A stretch of DNA of 64,000 nucleotides from an uncultured Verrucomicrobiae bacterium (GTDB lineage: Bacteria; Verrucomicrobiota; Verrucomicrobiia; Chthoniobacterales; UBA10450): the NCBI GenBank assembly GCA_963726745.1, contig CAVSDR010000003.1, forward strand, positions 736,001 to 800,000, given 5' to 3'. The notes beneath the pieces are model-generated. The model was not told the origin of the DNA. It made no database searches and was given only the letters and a program-made list of their open reading frames with translations. Numbering within the stretch: the stretch's first letter is position 1; each line of letters begins with the position of its first letter. Made by a program: the position numbers and the translations under genes. Positions 39,709 through 50,971 of the stretch are shown in pieces.

Positions 39709-42702
39709 GTGCAGCTGGAACTAGAATTGCAACCCGCGGAGCGCGCGCCCGTTCCCACTTTGCTCATCGCCGCCTCTCCCGAGACCGCGTGGCAAGGCGG
39801 TGCGGCGGAGTGGTTCGCCCGGGTCGCCGCGCAAGGCTGGCAAAGTGAACTCCCCGCGCTCGTCGTCGTGCCCACGCGCGGGCAGGCGCAGGCGCTCAAA
39901 GCGCGCGTTCTCTCCGCGGGGCACTCGCTCCTCGGTGTGGAATTTTTCACGCCGCAGTTGTTGCGCGCTTTCCTCGCGCAAAACGCCGAGATCGTTCCGC
40001 CGCCCGCGCAGCATCTCCGCCTTCTCCTGGCGCTCGCGGCGGAGGAGCGTCTCCAGGATTCCGCGCTCTCCGAAGCCGAACGCCTCGCAGCTGTTTCCGT
40101 CCGCCGCACGCCGGCGCATCTTCTGCGTTTGCTCGAGCAACTCGGCGCCGCTGGCTGGGATTTCGAGCGCGCAGACCTGCCGGCTTTCCAGGCCGTCGTG
40201 CAGAAATTTCGACAGCACCTGAAGGCGAATCATTTCGTCCTCACGCCGGAAGCGGATCGCGCGGCGCTGGCCCACGCACAGGGGCAACCGCCGCGCATCG
40301 GCGAGTTGCTCGTCTCCGGATTTCACGGCGCGCATTGGCCGTTGTGGCATTTGTTGCGCGGCGCCGTCGCGACCGCGAAACGCGCCACGATTCTCCTGCA
40401 ATATCCGCGCGACGCGGCCGCCGATCTCGACACTGCCTGGATCGGCGCGTGGGAAGACACCTACGACGAAGCCAAACCGATCGCGCACACGACCGATCCG
40501 GAACCGGCCCTGCGAACCACGCTCTTCCTCGCCGGCCTCGATCTTCAGGAGCAAGCAGTCGCGATCGTCGGCGCGGCCCAGCAATTTTTAGCCGACCAGA
40601 ATTGCACGCGCCTCGGCATCGTCGTGCCGGCGGCGGGCGCGCTTTCCCGCCGCGTAGCCGCCGCGCTCAACCGCGCCGGCCTGCCGCACTACGACGCCGT
40701 CGGGCAAATGGTTCCTGGATTGTTCGAAGCGCCGGACTTCTGGGCCTGGATGGAATTGCAACGCACCCCGCGTCTCCACGCCCTCCGGCGTTTCCTAACG
40801 AGTCTGCCCGCCGCGCACCCACTCTTCGCGAAAATCTCGCGCGAGCAGATTCTCCACGGCCTAACGAAAACGCTCGGAGCGCTCGCGCTCGACGATCTTC
40901 CGTTACTCACCGCTGCTACCAAAGCGGAGATCGGTCACGCGCTCGGCCAGCTGCAGTTTCTCCCGGCGCAGGCCACGCTCGCCCAGTTCCTCGCGCAGAC
41001 CGGCGCCGCTTTCGATGCGCTCGGATGGACCGAGCGCCGCGCGGAAGTTCTCCGGCAGAGCCAATGGGCGGACGGAGTGACCGCGACCGTCTCGCTCACG
41101 TTGTTTCTCAAATGGCTCGAGGAAATCGCGAACACCTTCCGCGTTGCGCGCGACCAACTCGGCGCGCACCCGTATGCGCGCATTCACCTGCTCACGCCCG
41201 CACAGGCCGAGGAGCAAACCTGGTCGCATCTCATCCTCGGCGGGATGAACGAGAACGCCTGGCCGGCCGCGGCGCGCGGCGATTTCCTCCCCGCCACGCA
41301 GGTCGATCAGCTCAACGCAACGGTGCGCAAACTCAATCGCGCGGCCACGCGCGAAGGCCGCCAGGGCGAAGGCCACGTCGCGCTGCGCGAGGGCAAAACC
41401 ATCTTCCTCGGCGCCGCCGAACAGCGGCAGCTCGCGCTCGCGCAGTTCTCCGGCTTGCTCGAATCCACCACGCACGGACTCGCGCTTACCGCCAGCGTGG
41501 TCCAGGAAGCCGCGCCCGAACGCCTCTCGAATCCGAGCGAACTTTTCAGCCAGCTTTATCATCAGGTCCACGGCACCGCGCTGTCGCAAAACGGCCTGCG
41601 CGCGTTGCGCGAGAACACGCGAGCGTGGATGGAGAAATCCGCCTTCCCGCGTGAATCTGCGCCGGACATCTCGCCGGCTATTTCCCAAACCGCCATCGCC
41701 TACCGCGCCCGCCGGCAATTGGCTGCGTCCGATGAATACGATTTCTCCCTAACGACACCACCCGCCGAAATCGAACCGATGCGCGTGAGCGACGTCGAGG
41801 CGCTTTTGCAAGCGCCCGCCCTCGTCTGGATGCGCCGCTTCCTCGGCGTGGAAGGCGCGGAAGATTCCACCTTCGCCTGGAACGCTTCCCTCGGATTGTG
41901 GACCCACGATTGGCTCGCGCGAATCCTGCCGCGGAGCGATCAATTCAGCGCGCTCCCGTCGCCTAACGAGTTCTCCAGCCTGATCGAAACCGCCGCCCGG
42001 CAGAAGCGCGCGCAAGTCCACGAACTTTGCCGACACCTCGGGAAAACCGTGCCCGACTGGTGGGAAAGCGGCTGGGAAAATGCGCACTGCCTGGCGCAGG
42101 TGCTCGGCCGCTTGCTCGGCACCGTCGAGGGTTGGAAGTGGGCCGTGCCCGAATGGAACCTCGCTGGCCAGCCGCTCGCCTTTGGCAAAGACCGCTCGCT
42201 CCTCGTGCGCGGCCGGGCCGATCTCTTGTTAGCCAAAACCGAGAGCGCGCCCGCTTCGCTCGCGGTTCCGGAATTGTGGATCGTCGACTTCAAGACCGGG
42301 AACAAAAAATCCCTCGCCAAACGCAGAGGCACTCCGGAACAACAGGAGAAGCGCATCATCAAAAGCGTGCTCAAGCGCGAAACGCTCCAACTCGCGCTCT
42401 ACGCGCATGCGGCCCACGCGCTCGGCGCTGAAGCTGTTGGCATCAGCCTGCTTTCGCCGCTCGTACGCGAAGCCGAGCCGCAAATGCAGCTCGACGACTT
42501 CGCCCCCGCGCTGCCCGCCTTCCGCGAACTCGCGCGCATGCAGGCAACTGGCAATTTCGGGATGAAAGGCGATCTGCGCGGCGCCTTCACTTTCACCGCC
42601 GATTACCCGCTGGCCACGCTCGCGGTCGATCGCGAAGTGCTCGACGAACGCTGGGAAAAAACGCACGCCGATCTGGCCTTGGACGAGGAGCCGTGGTTTT
42701 GA
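39709..42702 (+). CDS. AddB-like subunit with PD-(D/E)XK nuclease
   Basis: Degenerate helicase motifs (LILGGMNENAWP) and C-terminal RGRADLL...IVDFKTG...QLALY. Coupled to the downstream UvrD-type gene. Confidence 0.8.
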   Translation: MQLELELQPAERAPVPTLLIAASPETAWQGGAAEWFARVAAQGWQSELPALVVVPTRGQAQALKARVLSAGHSLLGVEFFTPQLLRAFLAQNAEIVPPPAQHLRLLLALAAEERLQDSALSEAERLAAVSVRRTPAHLLRLLEQLGAAGWDFERADLPAFQAVVQKFRQHLKANHFVLTPEADRAALAHAQGQPPRIGELLVSGFHGAHWPLWHLLRGAVATAKRATILLQYPRDAAADLDTAWIGAWEDTYDEAKPIAHTTDPEPALRTTLFLAGLDLQEQAVAIVGAAQQFLADQNCTRLGIVVPAAGALSRRVAAALNRAGLPHYDAVGQMVPGLFEAPDFWAWMELQRTPRLHALRRFLTSLPAAHPLFAKISREQILHGLTKTLGALALDDLPLLTAATKAEIGHALGQLQFLPAQATLAQFLAQTGAAFDALGWTERRAEVLRQSQWADGVTATVSLTLFLKWLEEIANTFRVARDQLGAHPYARIHLLTPAQAEEQTWSHLILGGMNENAWPAAARGDFLPATQVDQLNATVRKLNRAATREGRQGEGHVALREGKTIFLGAAEQRQLALAQFSGLLESTTHGLALTASVVQEAAPERLSNPSELFSQLYHQVHGTALSQNGLRALRENTRAWMEKSAFPRESAPDISPAISQTAIAYRARRQLAASDEYDFSLTTPPAEIEPMRVSDVEALLQAPALVWMRRFLGVEGAEDSTFAWNASLGLWTHDWLARILPRSDQFSALPSPNEFSSLIETAARQKRAQVHELCRHLGKTVPDWWESGWENAHCLAQVLGRLLGTVEGWKWAVPEWNLAGQPLAFGKDRSLLVRGRADLLLAKTESAPASLAVPELWIVDFKTGNKKSLAKRRGTPEQQEKRIIKSVLKRETLQLALYAHAAHALGAEAVGISLLSPLVREAEPQMQLDDFAPALPAFRELARMQATGNFGMKGDLRGAFTFTADYPLATLAVDREVLDERWEKTHADLALDEEPWF

Positions 42703-45700
42703 GCGCTCCATCCGACCAGCGCGAGCGCGACCGTTTTGCCAGCGAGCTAAAGACGAATTTCTCCGTCGTCGCTTCCGCCGGCTCCGGCAAAACCACCGCG
42801 ATCACGAAACGCATCGCTGCGGTCGCACAATCCGCCGATGCGCTGACTGCTTTGCCGCGCCTTGTTGTGCTCACCTTCGCCAATCGCGCCGCCGATGAGA
42901 TGCAGCAACGCGCGCGTGAGGAAATCCTGCGCGCGCCAACCTTCGCCGGAAATTCTCGCCGCTTTCAACCGCGCCTGGTTCGGCACGATCCACGCCTTCT
43001 GTCTCAAGCTCCTGAACGATTACGGACATTCCTCGGCCTGCCCGCGCCGCTTGAGCTCGTGACCGACGACGAGGATTTGTGGACTGAGTTTGTCCAACAA
43101 CAGACGCACATTGGCCGCTCACTGCGCGCGGAGGATCGCACCGCGCTCCTGCGTTTCGCTTCCATCAGGAACATCATGGAACTCGGCCGCGGCGCCGACT
43201 CCGCGCTTCTGCGCCCTAACGAGTCAGGACCGTGCCCGCCGGTCGATGTCCAGCCAGTGTTGCAAATCGCTCGCGCCGCCAACCGGAAAAGCGAGGCGAT
43301 CGCGAACTCGATCGCGCAGCTGAAATCCTGGGAAGAAAACTATCGCGCCGGCGACGGGCTTCCTTCGCTGGCCCATCTGCTCGTCGACGACCCGGGAGAT
43401 CGTCGCGAGCTGGAACGAAGCCTTCATCCCCCTGCGCCGCTGGGTTAATCAAGCCGCCATCTGCGTGGCCGCAGAAGTGCAGCGCGATTACCGCAATTTC
43501 CGGCTCGAACGCGGCGTCGTGACCTACGCCGATCAGATCGCGCTCGCCGACGAACTCCTGCAGCATCCCGAAGCCGCGCGCCGCCTGCGCGAGCTCGATC
43601 ACCTCGTGATTCTCGACGAAGCGCAGGACACCGATCCGGCGCAGTTCTCCGTGCTTCTGGAAATCACCCGGCCGCCGGAAGCGACCGGCCGCTGGCTGGA
43701 GACCAAAGCCGATCCGCCGCGGCCCGGACACTTCTCCATGGTCGGCGATTTCCAGCAATCGATCTACGGCGATCGCGCCGACCTGCGGCATTATCGTCGC
43801 GTGCACGAGACGCTCGTCGCGACCGGCGCCGGCGAGGCGCTCAAGTTCTCCGTCACCTTCCGGCTCGACCAGGCGCAGCTCGATTTCGTTAACGCCGCCT
43901 TCCGCGATGTGCTGCACGGCGAGGGCGGGCAGGTGCCGTTCGTCGAGCTGCAGCCGCGTCCGACGGTCCTTCCCGGCCAGGTCCTCCGGCTGAATCTCGT
44001 CGCCGAAAATTTTCGGCGGAAAAGACAAACCCAAGGAGCGCCAGATCGCGCACCTCGAAGCCGCAGAGCTGGCGCGCTGGTTGAAAAAAAGCGGGCTCGC
44101 AAAATTGCGCGCGCGCACCTGGCGCGAGGTCGCGATTCTTTGCCCGCGGAAAGATTGGCTGCGGACAATGGCGGGCGCGTTGCGGCGGGAAAACCTACCG
44201 ATCGAGGTGCAATCGGAGAGCGACCTCCAGGCCGATTCGCCGGCCTACGCGTGGCTCACCGCGCTGTGCGTCATCCTGGTCGAGCCGCGCAATAGCTACG
44301 AAATCGTCGGCGTGCTTCGCGAGGTTTACGGCATCTCCGACAACGATCTCGCCGTTTTCGCCGAGGGGCACGGCGCGCGTTTTCAAATCGAAGAGCCAGT
44401 CGCGGCCGCGGGTGTCGTCTCTTCGACGCTCGCGGAACTGACCGCGCTGCGAGCGGAAGTGCATCGGCCTGCCGCTCTTCGCCGCGGTCGAACAGATCAT
44501 CGCCCGCACCGCGTTGCGCGCGCGCATCGCCACGCTGCCGGGGGAAGATTTCAAGGAACCGCTGGCCGATCTCGAATCGCTCCTCACGCTCGCCGCCGAC
44601 GCCGCCGCCAACGGCGCGACCCTGGCGGATTTTGCCGACAACCTCCGCTCCGAGATGGAACGCCCGCGCGCTGTCCGCCTCTCCGACCGCGACGCCATCC
44701 AACTCATCACCGCGCAAAAAGCAAAAGGCTCCGAATGGGACGTGGTCATCGTGCCGTTTCTCGGCCGGCGAATCGTGGATGCGCCGCCGCGTTATCCGTC
44801 GCTCATGAAACGCCCCGGCAGCGACGAAGTCTTCGCCGCCTTGCACAAGGAAGATTACGAAGACGAGGCGCGAAAGATTTCCAAAATCCTGAAGCGCCAG
44901 GAAATGGAGCGCCTGCTTTACGTCGCGCTCACCCGCGCGCGGCACACGCTCGTGCTCGCGCTCGACCATGAACTCTTCGCCAATTCCGAAGGAAAATTGG
45001 TCGACAACTCGCAGCTCAAATTTCTTCACGGCCCGGATGAGCCCGCCAAGACCGCATTGCTCGAAACGCTGGCGATCAATCCCGCGGCCTGCGCGCAAAC
45101 GACCGCGCTCTGGACCGAAAAGCTGAACCAGCAATTTCCCGCGCCTGCTCCGCTCGCGCCGCTCAACGCTGCTGCCTTAAGCCGCGCGCGAAAACAAGCC
45201 GGCCACTTCGTCCGCAAACAAAACCCGAGCGCCTTCGATCCCCCGGCCGATCGCCCGGCGACCCAGGCCAACCGCTCGTTAGCCGACAACCCGGCGACGC
45301 TCTACGGCAGTTGGTGGCACGGGCTATTCCAGCATTTCCCGTGGAAGAGCGGTCCGGCCCAGCGCGAGACCGCCTTCACGACTTTGCTCCCGGATTCACC
45401 TGATCCGAAACGCTCCGCGGAAGAATGGAAACGACTCCAGGCATCCCTGGAAAAATCCGCGCTCGCGGAATTCCTCCAGCGCCCCGGCGTGCTCGTGCAC
45501 ACGGAATACCCGTTCCTCTGGCGCATGTCCGAGCGCAGTTGCGTCGAAGGCGTGATCGATCTCCTGCTGATCGACCCGGGGGCGCGGCGCTGTCTTCTGC
45601 TCGACTGGAAAACGAATACCGCGAAGAAGGGCGACGCGGAAATCTTGCGCGCGCGTTATCTTGCCCAGATTGCCGCCTATTGGCGCGCCGTCTCCCACTT

Positions 45701-45854
45701 GACCGGCTACGAAGTCGAGGCCGCGCTTTTCTCCACTTCGTTAGGCCAATTGCTCCCCTACGACCAGTCCGCGCTGGCCGTCGAATGGACACGCCTCGAG
45801 AGTCTCCCGCCGGACGATCTCGCCGCCGAGGTCGCGCCGTCCGACGCATTTTGA
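42693..45854 (+). CDS. addA: AddA/UvrD-family helicase-nuclease with about five apparent indels (~42932, 43030, 43356, 44010, 44462)
   Basis: ASAGSGKT, LTF.N.AA.EM, GTIHAF, ILDEAQD, VGDFQQSIY, AKGSEW, LLYVALTRA and GVIDLL..DWKT, spread over successive frames. Confidence 0.85.
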
Positions 45855-45887
45855 TTGAAAATCGGAAGCTCGGTGCAGAATAGGCGG

Positions 45888-47255
45888 ATGCGCTTTCGCT
45901 TCGCCCTGCTCGTTTTGCTGGCGGGCGCGGTTTGCCCGGCGCGGGCGCTGACGCTCGAGGAAGCGGTCGCCCGGGCCCGCGAGCACAACCCGGAGATCGT
46001 GATCGCGCGCAAGCAAGTGGAGGCGGCCCGCGGCGGCGTGCTCGAGGCGCGCGCAGGTTACCTGCCCACGGTCGCTTCCTCCGGCCTGCTGCGGAAGCGC
46101 ACCCAGCAGGAGCAGTCGCGCCTGCGGGACGATGATTACAACGCCTCCGTGCGCGTGATCCAGAGCATCTACACTTCCGGGGCAAATCGCGCCCGCTTGA
46201 AGATCGCGCGCCTGCTCCAGGAAAAGCGCGAGCTCGAGCTGGCGGCCACAACCGCGCGCGTGCTCCAGGATTTGCGCGTGGCTTACTACGAGTTGCTGCT
46301 CAATCGCGCGAAGATCGGCGTGCGCGAGCAATCCCTCCAGGTGATGCGCGACGAGCTGAAGTCGCAGGAAGAGCGTTTTCTCGCGGGCACCGTCGGCGAG
46401 TTGAACGTGCGCCGCGCCGAAGTCTCGCTGGCAAACGAGCAGCCGGAACTTTTCGAGTCGCGGACGCGTTTGCAAAATTCTTACCTGCGCGTGGGCGAAC
46501 TCATGGGCCTGAGCGTGCTGCCTAACGAGCGCCGCCCGCAGTTCGAGGTCGCGGGCGAATTGCGCTACCAGGCGGTTCGCCCGGAACTAAACGACTGCCT
46601 GCAAGCCGCCGCGGCGCGCCGCCCGGAGATGCGTGCGCGCCAGATCGATCTCGAGATCGAGGAGCAACAGTTGATCATCGACCGCGCGGAGTTGCGTCCG
46701 CGGCTGGAGGCGTTTTCCGGTTACGAAGTCTACAGCGAGCGCGATCCGCTGGTGGGGAACGAATTCAACCACGGCTGGGTCGTAGGCCTGAACGCCAGCT
46801 GGCATATCTTCGACGGCTACGCCACGCGCGGGCGGATGCAGGCTACGCGCGCGCGCCGCGACGCCGCGGCCGCTGCGCTCCAGGCGATGCAGACCTCGGT
46901 GGAAGCGGACGTGCGCAGCGCTTTCTTCGATCTCGAGCAAGCCAACCGCGTGCTCGAGTCGGAAACGCGCAATGTGCAGAACGCGACCGAGTCACTCGAG
47001 ATCGCGCGCGGTAATCTCGGCGCCGGCCTTGGGACGCAGCTCGAGGTGCTCCAGGCCGCGGCCGATATCACGCGCGTGCGGACCACGCGGCTGAGCGCGA
47101 TTTACCTGCACAATGCGGCCCTCGCCCGCCTGGCCCGCGCCTGTGCGCGCGAGCCGGACGAGTTGAAGGTGACGCACGCGCCAACGGCGGCGGAAGCGAA
47201 ACGCCAGGCGCGCGCTTTCGATCTCGCCCGACCGCCCTCGAACCTCCCGCGCTGA
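45888..47255 (+). CDS. TolC-family outer membrane factor
   Basis: Signal peptide, LTLEEAVARAREHNP, AYYELL and GLGTQLEVLQA. Confidence 0.92.
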   Translation: MRFRFALLVLLAGAVCPARALTLEEAVARAREHNPEIVIARKQVEAARGGVLEARAGYLPTVASSGLLRKRTQQEQSRLRDDDYNASVRVIQSIYTSGANRARLKIARLLQEKRELELAATTARVLQDLRVAYYELLLNRAKIGVREQSLQVMRDELKSQEERFLAGTVGELNVRRAEVSLANEQPELFESRTRLQNSYLRVGELMGLSVLPNERRPQFEVAGELRYQAVRPELNDCLQAAAARRPEMRARQIDLEIEEQQLIIDRAELRPRLEAFSGYEVYSERDPLVGNEFNHGWVVGLNASWHIFDGYATRGRMQATRARRDAAAAALQAMQTSVEADVRSAFFDLEQANRVLESETRNVQNATESLEIARGNLGAGLGTQLEVLQAAADITRVRTTRLSAIYLHNAALARLARACAREPDELKVTHAPTAAEAKRQARAFDLARPPSNLPR

Positions 47256-48565
47256 TGAAAGTGCTGGCTCTTTTCGCTGCGCTGATCGTTCCCCTAACGA
47301 GTGGTGCGATCACGCTCGACGCTGCTTTTGCGCGCATCCTCGAGCGCAACCCGCAGATCCAGCAGGCCAAGTTTCAACTCGAGCAGGCCGCTGGGCGGCG
47401 ACTCCTGTTGCGCGCGGTTGGCTACCCGGACGCACGCGTGATTGCCCCGGCGGGCGCGCAAGGCGGAAAGCGCGCGGGCGAAAGCTCGGTGCAGCCGTTC
47501 GCGTTTGGCCAGGGCGCTTTCACCCAGGCGGTTTTCGATCCGGCGGTGCCGGCCTCGTTTCGCCGCGGCGATCTCGAAGTGTTGATCGCGCAGCAGCGCT
47601 TAAACGTGGCCGTGCTCGAGCAACTCCATGCCGCGCGCCTCGCCTACTACACCGCCGTTTACCAGGATGCGCTCCGTGCTTTGGCCGAAGGCCAGCGGCA
47701 GCGCCTGCGGGAGAATGCGCGCACGCAGAGCGACCGTTTTCAGGCCGGGCAGAGCGACCGCCCCGCGATCGCAGTGGCCCGCTTGCTCGAGCAGGAAGTC
47801 GGGCCGCGGATCGAGGAATCGCGCCGCGCTTCCAGCGGAGCGCTGCTGCAACTGGCGCAAGCCATGGGCGCCGACGTGCGCGGCGATCTGCCCACGGCGG
47901 AGGGTTCGCTGGCGTTCGTTAGCCAGCAACTTGATGTCGCCGGGGAGACACGCGCGGCCCTGGCGCAGCGAGCGGATCTGCAGCTCGCCCGTCTGCTTGT
48001 GCGCGCGGGACGCGAAGACGAGCGGATCGCCGCGGCCGGCTACTTTCCGCAGATCGATGCGACCATTTCCGGCACCTACATTCCGGTCTCCGACATCCGC
48101 CGCGGCAGCGAAGGCTCGGCTCGGCGCTCGGATGACATTGTTTCCTCGGAGATGCGTTTTGGCGGCGCCTTCACCTGGCGGGTGATCGACAATGGCCGCG
48201 TGGCCGGCGCGGTCGCGCAGCGGCGTGCGTTGCGGGAAGCCAACGAAGCCGTGCTCGCGCGCCTCGAGGCCGAGGTGCCCCGCGCGCTCACGCGTTTGCG
48301 GAACAATTTGGACTCGTTAGCCGCGCGGCACGAGGCGCTGGCTAAATCCGGAATTGTCGCCGGCCAGACGGTGGCCGCGGTCCAGGCGCAGCTCGCCCAG
48401 GGTCTCTCCTCGCAACTGGAATACCGCACCGCGGAAAGCGATTTCCTCAAGGCCCAGGCCGGGCTCCTGACCGCGGCCTACGAGCAAAACCTCGCCCTGG
48501 CCGAGCGCGACCGGATCACCGGGCGCTACTTTCAATTTTCCCCGGCGCCGCGGAGCGTGCATTAG
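47255..48565 (+). CDS. second TolC-family outer membrane factor
   Basis: ITLDAAFARILERNPQI, AYY, YFPQI and GLSSQLEYRTA. Confidence 0.88.
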   Translation: MKVLALFAALIVPLTSGAITLDAAFARILERNPQIQQAKFQLEQAAGRRLLLRAVGYPDARVIAPAGAQGGKRAGESSVQPFAFGQGAFTQAVFDPAVPASFRRGDLEVLIAQQRLNVAVLEQLHAARLAYYTAVYQDALRALAEGQRQRLRENARTQSDRFQAGQSDRPAIAVARLLEQEVGPRIEESRRASSGALLQLAQAMGADVRGDLPTAEGSLAFVSQQLDVAGETRAALAQRADLQLARLLVRAGREDERIAAAGYFPQIDATISGTYIPVSDIRRGSEGSARRSDDIVSSEMRFGGAFTWRVIDNGRVAGAVAQRRALREANEAVLARLEAEVPRALTRLRNNLDSLAARHEALAKSGIVAGQTVAAVQAQLAQGLSSQLEYRTAESDFLKAQAGLLTAAYEQNLALAERDRITGRYFQFSPAPRSVH

Positions 48566-48574
48566 TTAGGGGAC

Positions 48575-49726
48575 TTGAAGTTTCCCTCTTCGAAAAAAAT
48601 TTGGTGGGCCGCCGGCGCCGGTTTGCTCCTGCTCTTCGCGCTCCTTTACTACGCCTTTCTGCCGGTCGCGGAAGTCGCCGTGGTGGCCCGCGGGACCGCG
48701 ATCTCGGCGGTCTACGGGACGGTGCGGATCGAGCCGACTTTCTTGATTCACGTGCGCGCGCAGAACGCCGGCTTCATCCGCCTGAGCGATGCTTTCTCCG
48801 CCGGCCGCGGCGCGATCGGGCGCACGGTCGAGAAAGGCGAACTCTTCGCGACCATCGCTGATGAAGCGACCGCGCGGCAATTGAAGCAAGCCCGCGGCGA
48901 TCTGCAGGCTGCGCGGGAGCGCGCGCAGTTGCCCCTGCCTTCCGCGGAGGCGCTCCGCGTGGCCGAGGACACGCTCGGGCGACTCGAGAAGCTCAGCTCC
49001 TTGAGCAACGTTCCCGCGGTCGAATACGAGAAGGCCAAGAGCGATGTCGCGCGTCTGCGCGGGCAGGTGGAAGCGGAGCGAATCGAGCGCGACCGCAACC
49101 TCGAGAACCTCGACGCCGCCGCGAAGAAGCTCGAGGCGCAGATGAAGAACTCCGAGATCCGCTCGCCCATGGACGGCTTGCTCACGGACGTGAAGACGAT
49201 CGATGGCGATCTCGTGAGCGAAGGGAACGAGCTCTTCGCGGTCGCCTCGCGGAAAAATTACGTGCGCGGCGAAGTGAATGAGGAAGACGTGGGCGAGGTG
49301 AAGCTCGGCATGCCCGCGAAGGTGCAGCTCTACGCTTTCCGCAATCAGCAATTTGATGCGCGCGTGACCGCGATCATGCCTGCGGCCGACCCGGACACGC
49401 AGCGCTACACGATTGTCCTCGATCTCGAGAAAGCGCCGGAAAACCTGCTCGCGGGCATGACTGGCGAGATGAACATCATCACCGGCCGCCATGAAAACGC
49501 GCTCCTCGTGCCGACACGCGCGCTCCTGGTCGATCACGTGCTCACGGTGCGCGCGGGCACGGTCCGCTCACGCGCGGTCCAGGTGGGCTATCGCACGCTC
49601 GATTACACCGAGGTGCTGCAAGGCCTGGAGGAAGGCGCGCACGTGATCATTAGCGACCAGGACAAGTTCCGCCCGGGCCAGCCGGCGCGGCAGCGCGAAG
49701 TCGAGGGCTTGAAGCCACCGGAGTAG
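48575..49726 (+). CDS. periplasmic adaptor (membrane fusion) protein
   Basis: N-terminal TM, coiled coil, IRSPMDG, VNEEDVGEVKLG and GMTGEMNI. Confidence 0.92.
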   Translation: MKFPSSKKIWWAAGAGLLLLFALLYYAFLPVAEVAVVARGTAISAVYGTVRIEPTFLIHVRAQNAGFIRLSDAFSAGRGAIGRTVEKGELFATIADEATARQLKQARGDLQAARERAQLPLPSAEALRVAEDTLGRLEKLSSLSNVPAVEYEKAKSDVARLRGQVEAERIERDRNLENLDAAAKKLEAQMKNSEIRSPMDGLLTDVKTIDGDLVSEGNELFAVASRKNYVRGEVNEEDVGEVKLGMPAKVQLYAFRNQQFDARVTAIMPAADPDTQRYTIVLDLEKAPENLLAGMTGEMNIITGRHENALLVPTRALLVDHVLTVRAGTVRSRAVQVGYRTLDYTEVLQGLEEGAHVIISDQDKFRPGQPARQREVEGLKPPE

Positions 49727-49727
49727 C

Positions 49728-50963
49728 GTGAAACGCCCGTCGCTTTACATCGGGCTGCGCTTTCTCACCCACCGCAAGCGGGCCTTCTTCCTCAGCCTCA
49801 GCGGCGTGGTCTTCGGCGTAGCCATCTTCATCACCACGCAGGCGCAGACCGCCGGCTTCCAGAAGAACTTCATCGATTCGAACCTCGGGAGTAATGGCGG
49901 CCTCGTCTTGTCGGCTAAAATCCAAGAGCCCACGAACGGTCTCTGGGTGGGCGCGAAAAATCTGAAGAGCTCGCGGCGGCGTTTCTCCGAGGGAATCAGC
50001 GATCCCGGCGGGATCATGCGCGTGAGCCGCGACTTTCCCGACGTCGCCGCGTGTGCCGCGGTCCTGCGTGGCTTGCTGAGCGCGCGCGCCGGTTTCGAGA
50101 CGGCCACGGTGAACCTCTTCGGAATTGATCCTTCGACTTTTGTCGAGGCGACCAATCTGCGTGCGCAAATCTTCGACGGGAGCTTTGACGATTTCCGCAA
50201 CAATTCGCGCGCGCTCATCGTCGGCTCGCGCCTCGCGGAAGCGCTCGGAGTGAAAGCGGGCGACAGCCTCCAGCTTCTTTCACCCGGTGGCGAATACCAG
50301 CGTTTCACGGTCGCGGCACTCGCGCGCAGCGGGATCGGTTCGGCTGATGCCAGCCGCATTTATTGCCACCGCAAGACCGCGCAGAAGTTGCTCCTTAAAC
50401 CCTACAGCGCCTCGATGATCGTCTACAAACTGCGCGACCCGGAACGCGCGCCTGCGCTGGCGCAACATTTCGAGATGCTCTTCCAGCAGCGCGCCGAGAG
50501 TTGGCAGGAGCGCGAGGAAGGGAATCTCCAACTCTTCCGCACCCTCCAAATCTCCGCGGCGATCACCGTCTCGCTGATTATTTTGCTGGCCGGTTTCGGC
50601 ATCTTCAATGTGCTCACCATGACCGTGATCTCGAAGCTCAAGGAGATCGCGATTCTGCGCTCGATCGGCTACCGCCGCGGCGACATCTCCGCGATTTTTC
50701 TCTGGCAAGGCGCGATGATCGCCGTGGGCGGCTCGCTCCTCGGCTGCGCTCTCGGCGCGCTCATGACCTGGGGCGTCTCGCACATCCCGATCAAAGTGCG
50801 CGGCCTGCTCTACGCGAATTACTTCCTCGTGAGCTGGGAATGGTCGCACTACTTCTGGGCCACCGTGCTCGCGATCATCGCGGTCTTTATCGCCAGCTTC
50901 GTGCCCGCGCGCCGGGCGGGCTTGCTCTCGCCGGTGGCCACGCTCCGCGGCTCTGGCGGCTAA
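49728..50963 (+). CDS. ABC transporter permease (LolE/MacB/FtsX type)
   Basis: GVVFGVA, AGFGIFNVLTMTV..K.KEIAILRSIG and PARRAG..SPV. Confidence 0.92.
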   Translation: MKRPSLYIGLRFLTHRKRAFFLSLSGVVFGVAIFITTQAQTAGFQKNFIDSNLGSNGGLVLSAKIQEPTNGLWVGAKNLKSSRRRFSEGISDPGGIMRVSRDFPDVAACAAVLRGLLSARAGFETATVNLFGIDPSTFVEATNLRAQIFDGSFDDFRNNSRALIVGSRLAEALGVKAGDSLQLLSPGGEYQRFTVAALARSGIGSADASRIYCHRKTAQKLLLKPYSASMIVYKLRDPERAPALAQHFEMLFQQRAESWQEREEGNLQLFRTLQISAAITVSLIILLAGFGIFNVLTMTVISKLKEIAILRSIGYRRGDISAIFLWQGAMIAVGGSLLGCALGALMTWGVSHIPIKVRGLLYANYFLVSWEWSHYFWATVLAIIAVFIASFVPARRAGLLSPVATLRGSGG

Positions 50964-50971
50964 AGCGGAAC

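Noticed and set aside
39709..45854. CCTAACGAG as the Chi site of the adjacent AddAB, or as a KOPS-like motif
   Set aside because: Chi and KOPS are typically strand-polarised along a replichore, whereas the two orientations here are about equal and intermixed. Not excluded, but unsupported.
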